Positions 8,401 through 18,030 of a DNA stretch of 64,000 nt are shown piece after piece. The translations under genes and the position numbers were made by a program. The notes below the pieces were generated by a model, which made no database searches, was not told the origin of the DNA, and saw only the letters and a program-made list of their open reading frames with translations. This DNA comes from Patescibacteria group bacterium. Lineage in GTDB: Bacteria; Patescibacteriota; Microgenomatia; UBA1400; PJMF01. The DNA lies in assembly GCA_041747555.1 (NCBI GenBank), contig JBGTEY010000014.1:20919-84918 (forward strand). Reading direction: 5' to 3'. Position 1 is the stretch's first letter, and each line of letters opens with the position of its first letter.

Positions 8401-10524
8401 CAGAACTTGGTACGTTTTGGAATAACTTCGTCCCACATAGACAAACAGATCTTGAGACTCAAAGCTGGGAAGTAACGTAATTGTAGCAGTTTCTCCAGGT
8501 GCATAACTGTCTTTGTCTGTTTCTATATCAATTTTTTCTCCACCCATAATTGAGTTTTTTACTTCTTCTGTTCTGACATAAAAATGCATATCACCTCTTA
8601 TGACATTGTCATGCTTATCTCGAGCTTCAAACTCAATCTCGTGACTGTCAGATTTTTTGGGGGTGTAACTCATAGTTACCTCACCCTCATTATTAGAAAT
8701 CAGGCGTTGAGCTTCACCCACCGGAAATCTTTTGTCTCCTGAATGTATCTCATAAACTTGCGCGGAAACTTCTATTCCATTCGTATCAACGCCTGCTTTT
8801 GTTGGCAAAATGTTTATAGAAAAATTACTATTTTTACTAATTACGTGAGAATTATTACGGTTTGAAGGGTTTTGTTCGATTACAAAATCACCTGGATTTA
8901 TCAAAATTTGCCTGGCATCGTTTGTGGCTGTCCCAGTCGCATCTACATACTCCAAAACAATAGCCCACATTTGCCGATAGCCTGTGGTATTTTTCACATC
9001 TATCTCTAGGTCAGCGACACCATTTTTATCCAACTGCAGACTACCTTGTGCAATTATTGGACTTCGTGCACCGAAATCAGTAACGCTGGTATTGAAAGTG
9101 ATTCCTTCATAATGACCATCTAGACTTGCTTTATACTGGTACACTTTATATCTCACTGTTTGATCGCTCAACGGTTGACCCAAAAAATAGCTACCCTTAG
9201 CCTGAGCCTTGAATGTATCGCCTGGATAATATGTATGCTCTTCTAGATGTAATGAAATTTCGCTATCAGGCTTACGAAACTCAGCTACCTGAACTGACGT
9301 TCCGGTTAAATATGTATCACCGTCATAAACTGTTAAACTGTAATATCCCACTTCCAAATCATCGGGTAAGCTGATTTCATGATCAATTGTTCCCAAATCA
9401 TCAATTAATAATTGCGCTTCATACAAATTATTTTGCCCATTTTGACCTCCAGATAATACTGCTCTCACTTGACCACTTGGTAATGAATACGAAGCATCAT
9501 CATCTGTGCGAAAAATTGCCTTGTAATACAGTGTGTCTCCTGGCTTGTAGATAAAACGGTCAGTGAAAATGAATGATTTTTTGTCAATTATTCTTGGCCC
9601 GAAAGAGTAATACGAACCATTTTGATTGCGATGCGCAAAACCATTGAGGTTAATCGGCACAATTGTCAGGGAGTTATTATGAGAAACAATGGCAATGTCC
9701 AATGCATCACTCGCTGCCACTTCAACAATGCCTTGATCATTGGTGGACACGTCTCCCAGAGTTTTCACGGTGTCTTGTGTATTTAAGAGCTTGATCTTTG
9801 CATCAGCAACGAGCTTTTTATCACTATCTTGTACCCAGAACGTAATTTTGTTATCAGATTTATTTGCTACGCCCGCCAGTGACGATCTTACAATTACTGT
9901 TTTAATTTTTTGGTCTTGGTGCGTTCCCTCTAGATACCATATGCCCTCCTGCTCTAAGTCGAGGTTTGGCCGAGACTGGTGATCCTGGCTTGAATCACCA
10001 CCAATTTGCTGATTAAACGTTGAAACGAGCTCAAGTTGATTCGTATCGAACTCATACAATTTTTTTAATTGGCTTCCATACCAGCCCTCACTTTCTTTAG
10101 ATGAATAGCGGAGATAATTAAGTAAATCTTCTTCATTGATCTTATATAAACTAAAATTTACTTCTTCTTTAAAGTTCCAGGAGCGAATTTCAACGACCGG
10201 CTCCATAGCGCTACTCAGAACAATTACACCTTCATTCATGTTTCTACCAATATTGGATGTAAAGTAAACACTATCGCTTAAGCCAAGCACATCGCCCTCG
10301 GGTTTTTCTGCGATCGGTTGCGGTGAAGCAGTGACAGCTTTAAAGCGAGGTGGCGGTGAGGATTGCTCCACCCTTGCCCCTGTATTAGAAAAATAGTTTT
10401 GAGTCAAATAGATTGATGTTGAGCTAGAAACTACGATGCTGACGACCACAAATAAAAAAAGAACGGTAGGTAAGCGCGAGAAGTGCATCAGCGCACTCTG
10501 TAGTTTCTTTTTTTCGGGAGACAT
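5416..10524 (-). CDS. giant (1702 aa) alpha-2-macroglobulin-like surface protein with an inserted Hint (intein/Hedgehog-like) domain and N- and C-terminal TM anchors
   Basis: A2M_N_2/MG7-like segment 'FKDTAYWNPHVATDAEGKARVTIQLPDNLTTWVIAG'. Alpha/alpha-toroid region with degenerate thioester site AIGEQ (canonical CxEQ). Hint blocks CFAADTSILM ... TPEH ... VYNLTVDTYHTFIANGIYVHN. Hydrophobic helices at both termini. Confidence 0.7.
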   Translation of the reverse strand: MSPEKKKLQSALMHFSRLPTVLFLFVVVSIVVSSSTSIYLTQNYFSNTGARVEQSSPPPRFKAVTASPQPIAEKPEGDVLGLSDSVYFTSNIGRNMNEGVIVLSSAMEPVVEIRSWNFKEEVNFSLYKINEEDLLNYLRYSSKESEGWYGSQLKKLYEFDTNQLELVSTFNQQIGGDSSQDHQSRPNLDLEQEGIWYLEGTHQDQKIKTVIVRSSLAGVANKSDNKITFWVQDSDKKLVADAKIKLLNTQDTVKTLGDVSTNDQGIVEVAASDALDIAIVSHNNSLTIVPINLNGFAHRNQNGSYYSFGPRIIDKKSFIFTDRFIYKPGDTLYYKAIFRTDDDASYSLPSGQVRAVLSGGQNGQNNLYEAQLLIDDLGTIDHEISLPDDLEVGYYSLTVYDGDTYLTGTSVQVAEFRKPDSEISLHLEEHTYYPGDTFKAQAKGSYFLGQPLSDQTVRYKVYQYKASLDGHYEGITFNTSVTDFGARSPIIAQGSLQLDKNGVADLEIDVKNTTGYRQMWAIVLEYVDATGTATNDARQILINPGDFVIEQNPSNRNNSHVISKNSNFSINILPTKAGVDTNGIEVSAQVYEIHSGDKRFPVGEAQRLISNNEGEVTMSYTPKKSDSHEIEFEARDKHDNVIRGDMHFYVRTEEVKNSIMGGEKIDIETDKDSYAPGETATITLLPSFESQDLFVYVGRSYSKTYQVLTNGSKQFSLTIPEDYQPNVRVAAGSFVGDYWVQGSQDVEVSTDDKKVELTFDFDQEIYGPAQTAIVDIAAKDALGNPVQTDVSVWVFDKALLELNRDNYGRIFDTFWGERYTFPLLHHSFEGLSSSGAEGGGGCFAADTSILMSDSSLKEISQVKTGDWIQTLKSSTSDELVSAQVTDTHLVEVDGYLIINQDLKITPEHKLLVNGKWQTAGQLKVGDELTTAEGLTERVSSIEWMRGKFSVYNLTVDTYHTFIANGIYVHNDKGDSRSIFKDTAYWNPHVATDAEGKARVTIQLPDNLTTWVIAGVSANQKTQVGSGEDEFIVTKELVVRPVMPSFLRQGDILHVSALLNNFTDQDLNLEIDASLNFSDFQVTGQPLLLAAKGLEALSWPVEITSQQSPATFHVRAQTTGQNEYIDEVFHEIPVYEYGFWQDSYLLGENQQTYDIPVSTGAVSDKTQTVLTLQANKYPEFKSDWQTILVTESIYFSNAPAILSMVAIGEQFGSELNLEYSSAQNQELAQNSIHTLVESFESDQSWKNFTGSEQKVEFLEALIFARKSGIVVDQNTLNTVIEYFAKWQPNKYEDQVMQQYAFSLTPELDLSRHYLEVNSSTNVERALMAIMANYRQGFVDQSAAIQQILDLKFENSYQLSWPADQTFRFGGIYKNSSRAVAALIELKADQEIVEKGLDFLYRNRDQQASYSLIRSIAEYLAYYTDSSQELAYTVSVDDQVMRSGTFKSSDEQVVEIPFEVGGITDRQLKITHQGESPVYSTVKTTEFITDRAAESESNHLEISRKYLSASKNEKPIEVGDLVVVELTVKNLGLGERNLEIIDYLPSGLVAIDESLDNGVFDNVGKNQFGQIKISGQTVELKISYTDQDVSTFRYKARVISQGTFDTPPAIVRHSFDPTLWARSNASQLVIDGKNSLELLAIQNSFPSGELPSPAKSSLPFSWKWIVAGILVLIPVAGYGIWIKKPRHFSKFTKDATPPDNAPPV
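7615..8001 (-). other. Hint / bacterial intein-like domain (129 aa) embedded in the giant ORF
   Basis: Cys codon at 7999-8001 is preceded by GGGG (Hedgehog-like G|CF site); the domain ends HN-D at 7612-7620; block B TxxH is present. Confidence 0.7.
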
Positions 10525-10616
10525 ATATCGTCAATTCTAGCAACCATTTGGGTAAAAGAATAGATGTCCCGATCCCATTTGAATGCCCCACACCCAATCT
10601 ATGATATACTCCCCCC

Positions 10617-11258
10617 ATGATCAATGCAGTTCTTTTTGATGTCGATGGTGTACTTCTGGACTCCCTCGAAGCTAATAGCAAGTACGTTTCTGACCTCAAC
10701 TATGCGTTGGGAAATTCTCCGTTGCCAAAGGATTGGTACGCGGCCCGCTATCACCTTTCACTCAAGGATATCATTATGGAATTGTCAGAATCCAATGACC
10801 AAGGAAAACTTGAGCGACTTTTCACGTTTGCTAAAACAGAAGTTCCCTATGATCACACACTCTTGAAAATTCCAGAAAATACTGAGGTTGTTTTAAAAGC
10901 GCTTTCAGAAAAATACTCACTCGCTATAGTAACCAGTCGAATTCACGAGAGTATCTACAGCTTGCCACAACTTAAGAAAATCAAGCAGTATTTTGAAACC
11001 ACAATCGGTTACGAAGACACTGACGAGCACAAGCCTCACCCCGCTCCACTCATCGAGGCTTGTAGGCAACTTAAAGTAAAAACAACTGAAGCAGTCTATA
11101 TCGGTGATGCAATTACAGATGTTCAAGCAGCAGTCGCGGCAAAAATGCCAGTCATTCACTTCTCAGATGACCCGAGTGAGTTTGCGACATTTAGCACGCA
11201 TACTTTTTCTGCGCTACCCGCGCTCGTAGATCGTGTGAACGATGAAAATTCAGTTTAA
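10617..11258 (+). CDS. HAD-superfamily hydrolase (subfamily IA, phosphatase / beta-phosphoglucomutase-like)
   Basis: FDVDGVLLDS motif I and the IGDAITDVQAA motif. Confidence 0.7.
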   Translation: MINAVLFDVDGVLLDSLEANSKYVSDLNYALGNSPLPKDWYAARYHLSLKDIIMELSESNDQGKLERLFTFAKTEVPYDHTLLKIPENTEVVLKALSEKYSLAIVTSRIHESIYSLPQLKKIKQYFETTIGYEDTDEHKPHPAPLIEACRQLKVKTTEAVYIGDAITDVQAAVAAKMPVIHFSDDPSEFATFSTHTFSALPALVDRVNDENSV

Positions 11259-12037
11259 TTAAATCGACCCAGCCCCAAGTTCGCACTATACAAAAAACTT
11301 CTATAGAAGAATAGGAGTGATCCAACCACATACAAACTATTCAGACCAAACGCGAGCAACATATATTCTCCAGAAACTCCGTTACCTGCCAAAATACTTC
11401 TCATTGATTCCAAAATGTAGGTTGTTGGAATTGCCCGACTGATCGGTTGCAAAAACACTGGTAATCGATCAAGTGGGAAAAATATAGCGCTAAATGGCAA
11501 CAAAATTCCGGGCAATGTCCAGATCACGGTCTGAACTTTTGGACCGTATCGCAAGACAATTCCCGCCGATATAAATCCAAGCCACCACCCAGTCATGGTC
11601 GCGCCCAAAAACAACAATGGCAACCACATCCCAAGTGCAAATACGTTTACTGAGTACAGTAAAAATACTACAGGAATCAAAAGTGACATGGTGATACTCG
11701 TCTTAACAACTGATAAAATCAAAACCGACGTCACCCATTCTGGCACGGTCAATGGTGTAGAAAACAAATTGACGAGATTATTATTCCAAATTTCATCCAT
11801 TAAATTACGCGAGACCTCAGCTTGTGCGCGCCAAATAATGTTCCACAGCACCAGTCCCAAAAGTATTGAGGCAACAATCGAAGTCCCCCCCGCACTGTCA
11901 GAAAGCCACTGGCTCGTCACACCCCAGAGCACGGTATCAACCATTGGCCAATAAATCATATCGGACAATAAATCAAAATCACGCTTGAGCGGGTACGTGT
12001 GTCGGTACAATAATGCTTGGATGCGATGTAGTTTCAT
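11255..12037 (-). CDS. ABC-2 type exporter permease
   Basis: Six predicted TM helices; translationally coupled to the upstream ABC ATPase gene. Confidence 0.65.
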   Translation of the reverse strand: MKLHRIQALLYRHTYPLKRDFDLLSDMIYWPMVDTVLWGVTSQWLSDSAGGTSIVASILLGLVLWNIIWRAQAEVSRNLMDEIWNNNLVNLFSTPLTVPEWVTSVLILSVVKTSITMSLLIPVVFLLYSVNVFALGMWLPLLFLGATMTGWWLGFISAGIVLRYGPKVQTVIWTLPGILLPFSAIFFPLDRLPVFLQPISRAIPTTYILESMRSILAGNGVSGEYMLLAFGLNSLYVVGSLLFFYRSFLYSANLGLGRFN

Positions 12038-13005
12038 GATTTTTTCCCATTAGAATTTTTTGAGTTTGGGACGCCACTGGTTTGTAAGAAGTAATCTTCT
12101 AAAGTCGGCGTGTCGATGGCAATACTTGAATATGAGATTTTCTCTGCTGCTAATTTCGATAAAAATGACGCAACTTCTTGCTCATCAATTTTGATCGTCG
12201 CTCGTCTGCCTTCGACAGAAACTTCCAAACCGAGCTCACCACAAAAACGATTAACTCGTTTCAAACCATCAATAATCTCCAAATGCATCGTCGCACCAGA
12301 AACAGATTTTGCCAAATTTTCTGGCGTATCAATTGCCAAAATTGCCCCCTCACGCAAAAACATCACTCGATCACAGACATCTGCAACTTCGTCCATATTA
12401 TGTGACGTGTATAAAATACTGGTGTCAAATGTCTGTTGTTGTTCCTTCACAAATTGCCGTACCTGATGGGCAATGTCAGGATCAAGCGAAGCAGTCGGCT
12501 CGTCGAGCAATACTACTTTAGGATGCGGAATAAATGCCTTTGCCAACATAATTCGCGTCACTTGCCCTGCGGATAACTGATTCATCGTCTTAAATCTTTG
12601 TTCCCAAACACCAAAGAAGCCCAAAAACCGCTCTGCACGCTGTAAAAATGCCTCGTGCCCAACTCCATACAAGAGCGCATAAATCTTGAGATTTTCCATC
12701 ACGGTTAACCGCCATGGCATTTTAATATACGTACTAGCAAAGGTAACCTGCTCTAAAATGTCACTTTTATGTTCTGAAAGTTCTTGACCAAAATACCGAA
12801 TGCTCCCAGACGTCGGTGTCAAGTTCCCCATCAACATAGAAATAGTCGTGGACTTGCCTGCACCATTTGGACCGAGCAGCCCCAATATTTCGCCTTTTTT
12901 AAGTTCAAAAGAAATATTCTTCACGGCAGTAAATGGCTGCCCGTTCTTTTTCTCTGCGGGGTACACTTTATGAAGCTGGTCGACAACTACTATCGATTTT
13001 GACAT
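12034..13005 (-). CDS. ABC transporter ATP-binding protein
   Basis: Walker A GPNGAGKST, signature LSAGQ, Walker B LLDEPT. Confidence 0.85.
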   Translation of the reverse strand: MSKSIVVVDQLHKVYPAEKKNGQPFTAVKNISFELKKGEILGLLGPNGAGKSTTISMLMGNLTPTSGSIRYFGQELSEHKSDILEQVTFASTYIKMPWRLTVMENLKIYALLYGVGHEAFLQRAERFLGFFGVWEQRFKTMNQLSAGQVTRIMLAKAFIPHPKVVLLDEPTASLDPDIAHQVRQFVKEQQQTFDTSILYTSHNMDEVADVCDRVMFLREGAILAIDTPENLAKSVSGATMHLEIIDGLKRVNRFCGELGLEVSVEGRRATIKIDEQEVASFLSKLAAEKISYSSIAIDTPTLEDYFLQTSGVPNSKNSNGKKS

Positions 13006-13081
13006 ACGTCAATTCTACCCAAAGAAAACAGAACTGTCTTACAGAGAGTGTAAAAAATAAATTATTAGAAAACGTGCGCGA

Positions 13082-14002
13082 TTAACCCTTTGAAGAAGGA
13101 GTATTCTTGCGGCGATTTGATACATACCAAATCACCAGCACTATTGGTGCCCAGACAACGCTGTACACAGTGAGCCAAATTATACCATACGCGACAACAT
13201 ACAGTTTATCCTTGAGCGAATCGATGGCTCGCTCAAATTCTGCACGAACGTCGGTTGAGTTTGGATTGAAGTAATTCTCACTGCTGGCGACGTTGACGGT
13301 GATGGTCGCATACTCGATTTGCTCGGAGACTGCTCGTTGTTGCTGCTCGAGTTGGGTGATCTGACGATTAATGCGATCGATTTCAAGCTGAACTCTTCTC
13401 TGATCAGCCGTAGTTGGCGCTTCTTGGAGCTCAATTTCTTTGAGCGCAACTTGATCTCGTAAATCCACAAGCTGATCTTGGATTGAAACTGCAGTACCAG
13501 TTCTGTCATCAGCATTTATGGATTCATTCACAACTTCTTTGACATCAGATGTAATTCGCGATGAGGCTTCTTCAAAACGAGTTACTGGAACCTTAATTCT
13601 CAAGTATCCATATTCATGGCGCTGTTGTTTTCCTTGATTCTGATTGAGAACTCGACCATCGATACTCAGGACATATTCTTTAGTAGATCGAATGTAATTT
13701 GAGACATTGTCGACAACAACATCATGATAGGAAGATTTTTCATACAATCGATCCTCAACTTGCAAGGCGTCATCTGATGGATAGTACGGAGGATAAAAGT
13801 CAGGAGCGATCATGGACGTTGCTGCGCCACCAAGCGCTCGATCTTCCATCATTTCTGCTTTACCGGGACTGTTAGTCACCGAACCAATCATCGTTCGCGA
13901 ACGGCTATTGCCAGTCAACATACCAATGGCGGTCACTACAACAAACGTCAAAATACCAAGTGCGAGAACAATAAGTGCAATTTTTTGTTTCGGCATATGC
14001 AT
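13082..14002 (-). CDS. DUF4349-like membrane protein (N-terminal TM, coiled coil, C-terminal TM)
   Basis: Architecture only: N-terminal TM helix, Q/E-rich coiled coil, C-terminal TM helix. Confidence 0.4.
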   Translation of the reverse strand: MHMPKQKIALIVLALGILTFVVVTAIGMLTGNSRSRTMIGSVTNSPGKAEMMEDRALGGAATSMIAPDFYPPYYPSDDALQVEDRLYEKSSYHDVVVDNVSNYIRSTKEYVLSIDGRVLNQNQGKQQRHEYGYLRIKVPVTRFEEASSRITSDVKEVVNESINADDRTGTAVSIQDQLVDLRDQVALKEIELQEAPTTADQRRVQLEIDRINRQITQLEQQQRAVSEQIEYATITVNVASSENYFNPNSTDVRAEFERAIDSLKDKLYVVAYGIIWLTVYSVVWAPIVLVIWYVSNRRKNTPSSKG

Positions 14003-14032
14003 TCAGTATAGCATCACTCTGCAAAACTTCAT

Positions 14033-16219
14033 CTACATTTCTTCGGGTGCCTGTCTTGACCGCAAGTATTCGAGGACTGCAGTACCATGGACATCTCTGG
14101 GCTTACTCCCCTGCTGCGGACCAACAAAACCTGCATCATGCAGTTGATCCAAAATTCTTGCAGCACGATTATATCCTACAGAAAACTGTCTCTGGATCAA
14201 TGACGATGACCCTTTATCTGCCTGGACAACAAATTGCGCTACCTCATCAAATAATTCGTCACGTTCTTCACCATCGGTGCCTGCCATTGAGGAACCTTTG
14301 CCGGTAACTGCTTTATATTTGGTAGTAATTTCTTCTTTGTATTCTGGTTTTTGACCTTGTTCTTTGATGAAATCTATTAAATTCTTAATTTCTTTATCAG
14401 AAACATACGTTCCCTGCACCCGAACTGGCTTGGCCTGATCTGGTGGGACAAACAACATGTCACCTTTACCAAGTAGTTTCTCTGCTCCTGGCGTATCCAA
14501 AATAACTCTTGAGTCAGTCATGGATGACACGTTAAATGCAATTCTTGCTGGGATGTTTGCCTTGATCAGTCCAGTAATAACGTCAACAGAAGGTCGCTGG
14601 GTGGCAAGGAGCAAATGAATACCTACCGCACGTGCCATTTGAGCAATTCTAGTAATGCATTCCTCAACATCAGAAGGTGCAAAGAGCATGATATCTGCCA
14701 ACTCATCAATTACGATTACGATATGCGGCATGGCTGCCAAGCCCGCAAGTTCGTTATAGCCATCGATATTTTTGACCCCAACTTGCGCAAGTTGTTTGTA
14801 CCGACGATCCATTTCGTGAGTCGACCAACGGAGTGCAGAGACGACCTTTTTGGGATCAACGATAACTGGAGTCAAGAGATGCGGGATGTCGTTGTAGCCG
14901 GTCAACTCGACTCGCTTAGGGTCGACAAGAATGAATTTAACTTCATCAGGGCTGGCTCTAAATAAAATTGAACAAATAAATGAGTTGATCGCCACAGATT
15001 TACCAGATCCCGTCGCACCTGCGATCAAGACGTGCGGCATAGCTGAAATGTTCATTACTGCTGGGTGGCCACTGACGTTGATTCCAAGTGCCGTTGCAAG
15101 TCGAGACTGATTTCCCTTCATTTGGGTGGAGGCGAGCATTTTTCTAAGGGTTACGTATTGTGCGGAGTAATTTGGCACTTCGACACCCACAAGAGAACGG
15201 CCAGCTATTGGTGCTTCGATTCTGATCTGTCCACCGGGAGCTGCCAGGGCGAGGGCGAGGTCGGTGGCGAGACCGGTGATTTTAGAAAGCTTGGTACCGC
15301 GAGCGATCTCGAGTGCATATTGGGTGACTGATGGACCATAATTAACTTCTTTGACCTTGGCACGGATGCCGAATGATTCGAGTGTTGTTTCAATAACAGT
15401 AGCGTTCTTTTTGACGTCTCCGCGATCTGCCTCACCACCTTCTGAACTTGAAAGGAGTGAGAGTGGTGGATATTCCCAAATTCTTTGCGCATCGTTTGGT
15501 GCCAGGAGTGCTCCGGAAAGTTCTTTGTCTTCGTCTGTCTGTAATTTTTGCTGTGCGGTTGCAGGTGTAATAGCGGTGCCGATTTGATCTTCTGGTGCAG
15601 ATTTAACTGCATTTTTGTTGTCATTTATGGCAAAACTGTCATCTGGCGTGTTCTTTTTGCCAAATGGTAGCGAAAGTTTGGGCAAATGAAAGCCTGATTG
15701 TTTTTGATCAGATTCAAACACTGGTTCTGCGTTTTGTTTTTTGGCAGGTAGTTTGGGCTTCATTTTGGCGACATGCTCGAGGACTTCCTGAACTGACATT
15801 TGGGTCAAAATTAATATTCCGATGAATAAAACCGATCCAAAAATGGCATACGCGCCGGCATCGGCAACTAACGTACTGACGTTGGCAAATGTTGTCGAAC
15901 CGACAGTGCCAGTTTTAAACGTGCCCATAAACCCAAGCATAATTAACAGTGTGCCAAGGAGTACGTGTGGATCAGACCATTTCCACTTGGTGCGAAACAG
16001 CATCATACCTGCAGAAATACACACGAATGGCAAAATAAACAGCGATGCACCGAGTGCAGAGCTGAGCTCTGTATTGAGCATTTGCAGTAATTTACCCTGA
16101 CCTGTGAACGACACAATCACTAAGACGCCAACAGTTACGAAAAGTACGCCGAGGATTGAATATAGTGTCCCAGACGGGAGTGATAGTTTTGGTAGTTTTG
16201 ATTTTTTTCTTCGACCCAT
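14033..16219 (-). CDS. ftsK: DNA translocase FtsK/SpoIIIE
   Basis: N-terminal TM helices, Walker A GATGSGKSV, and a C-terminal gamma (winged-helix KOPS-reading) domain. Confidence 0.9.
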   Translation of the reverse strand: MGRRKKSKLPKLSLPSGTLYSILGVLFVTVGVLVIVSFTGQGKLLQMLNTELSSALGASLFILPFVCISAGMMLFRTKWKWSDPHVLLGTLLIMLGFMGTFKTGTVGSTTFANVSTLVADAGAYAIFGSVLFIGILILTQMSVQEVLEHVAKMKPKLPAKKQNAEPVFESDQKQSGFHLPKLSLPFGKKNTPDDSFAINDNKNAVKSAPEDQIGTAITPATAQQKLQTDEDKELSGALLAPNDAQRIWEYPPLSLLSSSEGGEADRGDVKKNATVIETTLESFGIRAKVKEVNYGPSVTQYALEIARGTKLSKITGLATDLALALAAPGGQIRIEAPIAGRSLVGVEVPNYSAQYVTLRKMLASTQMKGNQSRLATALGINVSGHPAVMNISAMPHVLIAGATGSGKSVAINSFICSILFRASPDEVKFILVDPKRVELTGYNDIPHLLTPVIVDPKKVVSALRWSTHEMDRRYKQLAQVGVKNIDGYNELAGLAAMPHIVIVIDELADIMLFAPSDVEECITRIAQMARAVGIHLLLATQRPSVDVITGLIKANIPARIAFNVSSMTDSRVILDTPGAEKLLGKGDMLFVPPDQAKPVRVQGTYVSDKEIKNLIDFIKEQGQKPEYKEEITTKYKAVTGKGSSMAGTDGEERDELFDEVAQFVVQADKGSSSLIQRQFSVGYNRAARILDQLHDAGFVGPQQGSKPRDVHGTAVLEYLRSRQAPEEM

Positions 16220-16374
16220 AGGTGCAGGCTAATATCGCTTGTATATATTATTATAGGATTTAGAGTGGTTTGTCAAGCAGCTCATCGAGATAGCTCCATC
16301 CCACCAAACCAGTGCTCACTACAAGCACGATCTACACTTACTATACCCCGTTGACCTCTAGTAATCAAAGTGGG

Positions 16375-18030
16375 TTATCGATCTATAATAACAGGCACAA
16401 TCATCGGTTCTCTGCGAATGATGCTAAAGAGTTTGCGAGCCAAACGCTTTTCGATCTCTTTACGGAGAATTTCGTCTGATTTTTTACCAAATTTTTCAAT
16501 GGTCTCGATGGTGCTTTCATGGATGAAGTTGATTACTTCTTCTGCTTCTTTCATGAAGACAAAACCTCTTGAGACAATTTCTATTTGATCGAGTAAGAAT
16601 TCGTCATTATGTCTGGGAATTACCAGCACGATAATTCCTGACTCACCCATTGCGCGACGATCAGATAGGACAATTGGTCCCACATCACCTACGCCGAGTC
16701 CGTCAACAATTTGAGGTTTGAGGATGATTTTCTCTGCTGTTCGAGGTGCACCAAGACCAAATTCGAGGATTTCTCCTTTTTCTGGTATCAAAACTGATTG
16801 CTCGTTGTAGCCGAGTGGTTCTGCGACTTTTTCTAGAAATAGCACTCTGTGACGATCTGCGCCACCCATGGGGAAAAGATACGTTGGATTGAGTGTTCTG
16901 ACCATTTCTTGTTGTTCTGGTGCGCTAGCGTGACCAGATTGATGAAGACCATCTTGAATTGCTGGATACACCACGTGAATTCTGTTTCTACATAATTCAT
17001 CGATGGCAGCATAGTATGGCAATTCATTACCTGGAATGGCATCAGCCGAGAAAACTACTGTATCATTTGGTGAAATTCTGAGCGCACGGTGTTCTCCGAA
17101 AATTGCACGCACCAATGACGAGCCTTCTTGACCTTGACTACCTGCAACGATTACACAGAGTTGTTTGTCTGCATAATTTGAAAGTTTTCGCTTGTCGACC
17201 ATAACTCCGGCTGGAATAGTAATTTTGTTCAGACGAAGTGCAACTTCTATATTTTGTTCGACAGATCTGCCAATAAATGCAACTTTTCTGCCTTGAGCAA
17301 CAGCTGCATCAACGACTTGTTGAATTCTATGCAAATGCGAGCTCATAAGTGTGATGACGTATTTACCCTCAGTTTTCATCATGATGTCAGAAAGTACGGG
17401 GCCAACGGTTGACTCTGAAGGAACCCAGTTTGGATTCTCTACACGTAAACAATCGAGCAACATGCAGGTAATGCCATTTTCTGCAGCTTCTGTAATTCCC
17501 CGTATATCGGTTAAAATACCATCTACAGGCGCGGGATCAAGTTTGTAATCTGAACCATGATAAAACGTCCCCGCCTCACAGGTAACCAAAATATGTCGGG
17601 TATCAGGCACAGAATGCGTAACTGCAAACAACTGAATCGTGAAGCCACCGAGCGTAAATTCGTTAGAGTGATCGACAACATTGACGGTTCGCTTTGCTTG
17701 ACTTTCTTTCATGCGATCTTCAGCAAAACCGGCAGTCAGTGGCGATGCATAGATTGGAAACTCTGGTAACGCAGGCAGTAGATATGCGAGTGCACCAATA
17801 TGGTCGTCATGGCCATGGGATAATACCATTCCAACTACTGTCTTGCCTTGTTCTATTTTTTTTAAAAGATATGAAATATCTGGGATGAGAATATCTGCTC
17901 CCGGCATGTAATGATCGGGAAATCCAATTCCACAATCAATGATCAAAATTTCTTGATCCATTTCATATAAAAACATATTTTGGGTGACACCACCCATTCC
18001 TCCAAGAGGAACTATTTTAAGTGTATTCAT
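16375..18030 (-). CDS. rnj: ribonuclease J (metallo-beta-lactamase / beta-CASP)
   Basis: LSHGHDDHIGAL motif; length 551 aa. Confidence 0.85.
   Translation of the reverse strand: MNTLKIVPLGGMGGVTQNMFLYEMDQEILIIDCGIGFPDHYMPGADILIPDISYLLKKIEQGKTVVGMVLSHGHDDHIGALAYLLPALPEFPIYASPLTAGFAEDRMKESQAKRTVNVVDHSNEFTLGGFTIQLFAVTHSVPDTRHILVTCEAGTFYHGSDYKLDPAPVDGILTDIRGITEAAENGITCMLLDCLRVENPNWVPSESTVGPVLSDIMMKTEGKYVITLMSSHLHRIQQVVDAAVAQGRKVAFIGRSVEQNIEVALRLNKITIPAGVMVDKRKLSNYADKQLCVIVAGSQGQEGSSLVRAIFGEHRALRISPNDTVVFSADAIPGNELPYYAAIDELCRNRIHVVYPAIQDGLHQSGHASAPEQQEMVRTLNPTYLFPMGGADRHRVLFLEKVAEPLGYNEQSVLIPEKGEILEFGLGAPRTAEKIILKPQIVDGLGVGDVGPIVLSDRRAMGESGIIVLVIPRHNDEFLLDQIEIVSRGFVFMKEAEEVINFIHESTIETIEKFGKKSDEILRKEIEKRLARKLFSIIRREPMIVPVIIDR

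Noticed and set aside
16220-16374. Possible SRP (4.5S) RNA in the ftsK-rnj intergenic region (contains AAGCAGC)
   Set aside because: It lacks the GGAAGCAGCCAAGG helix-8 consensus and any convincing complementary strand. It is more likely the ftsK promoter/5' region.
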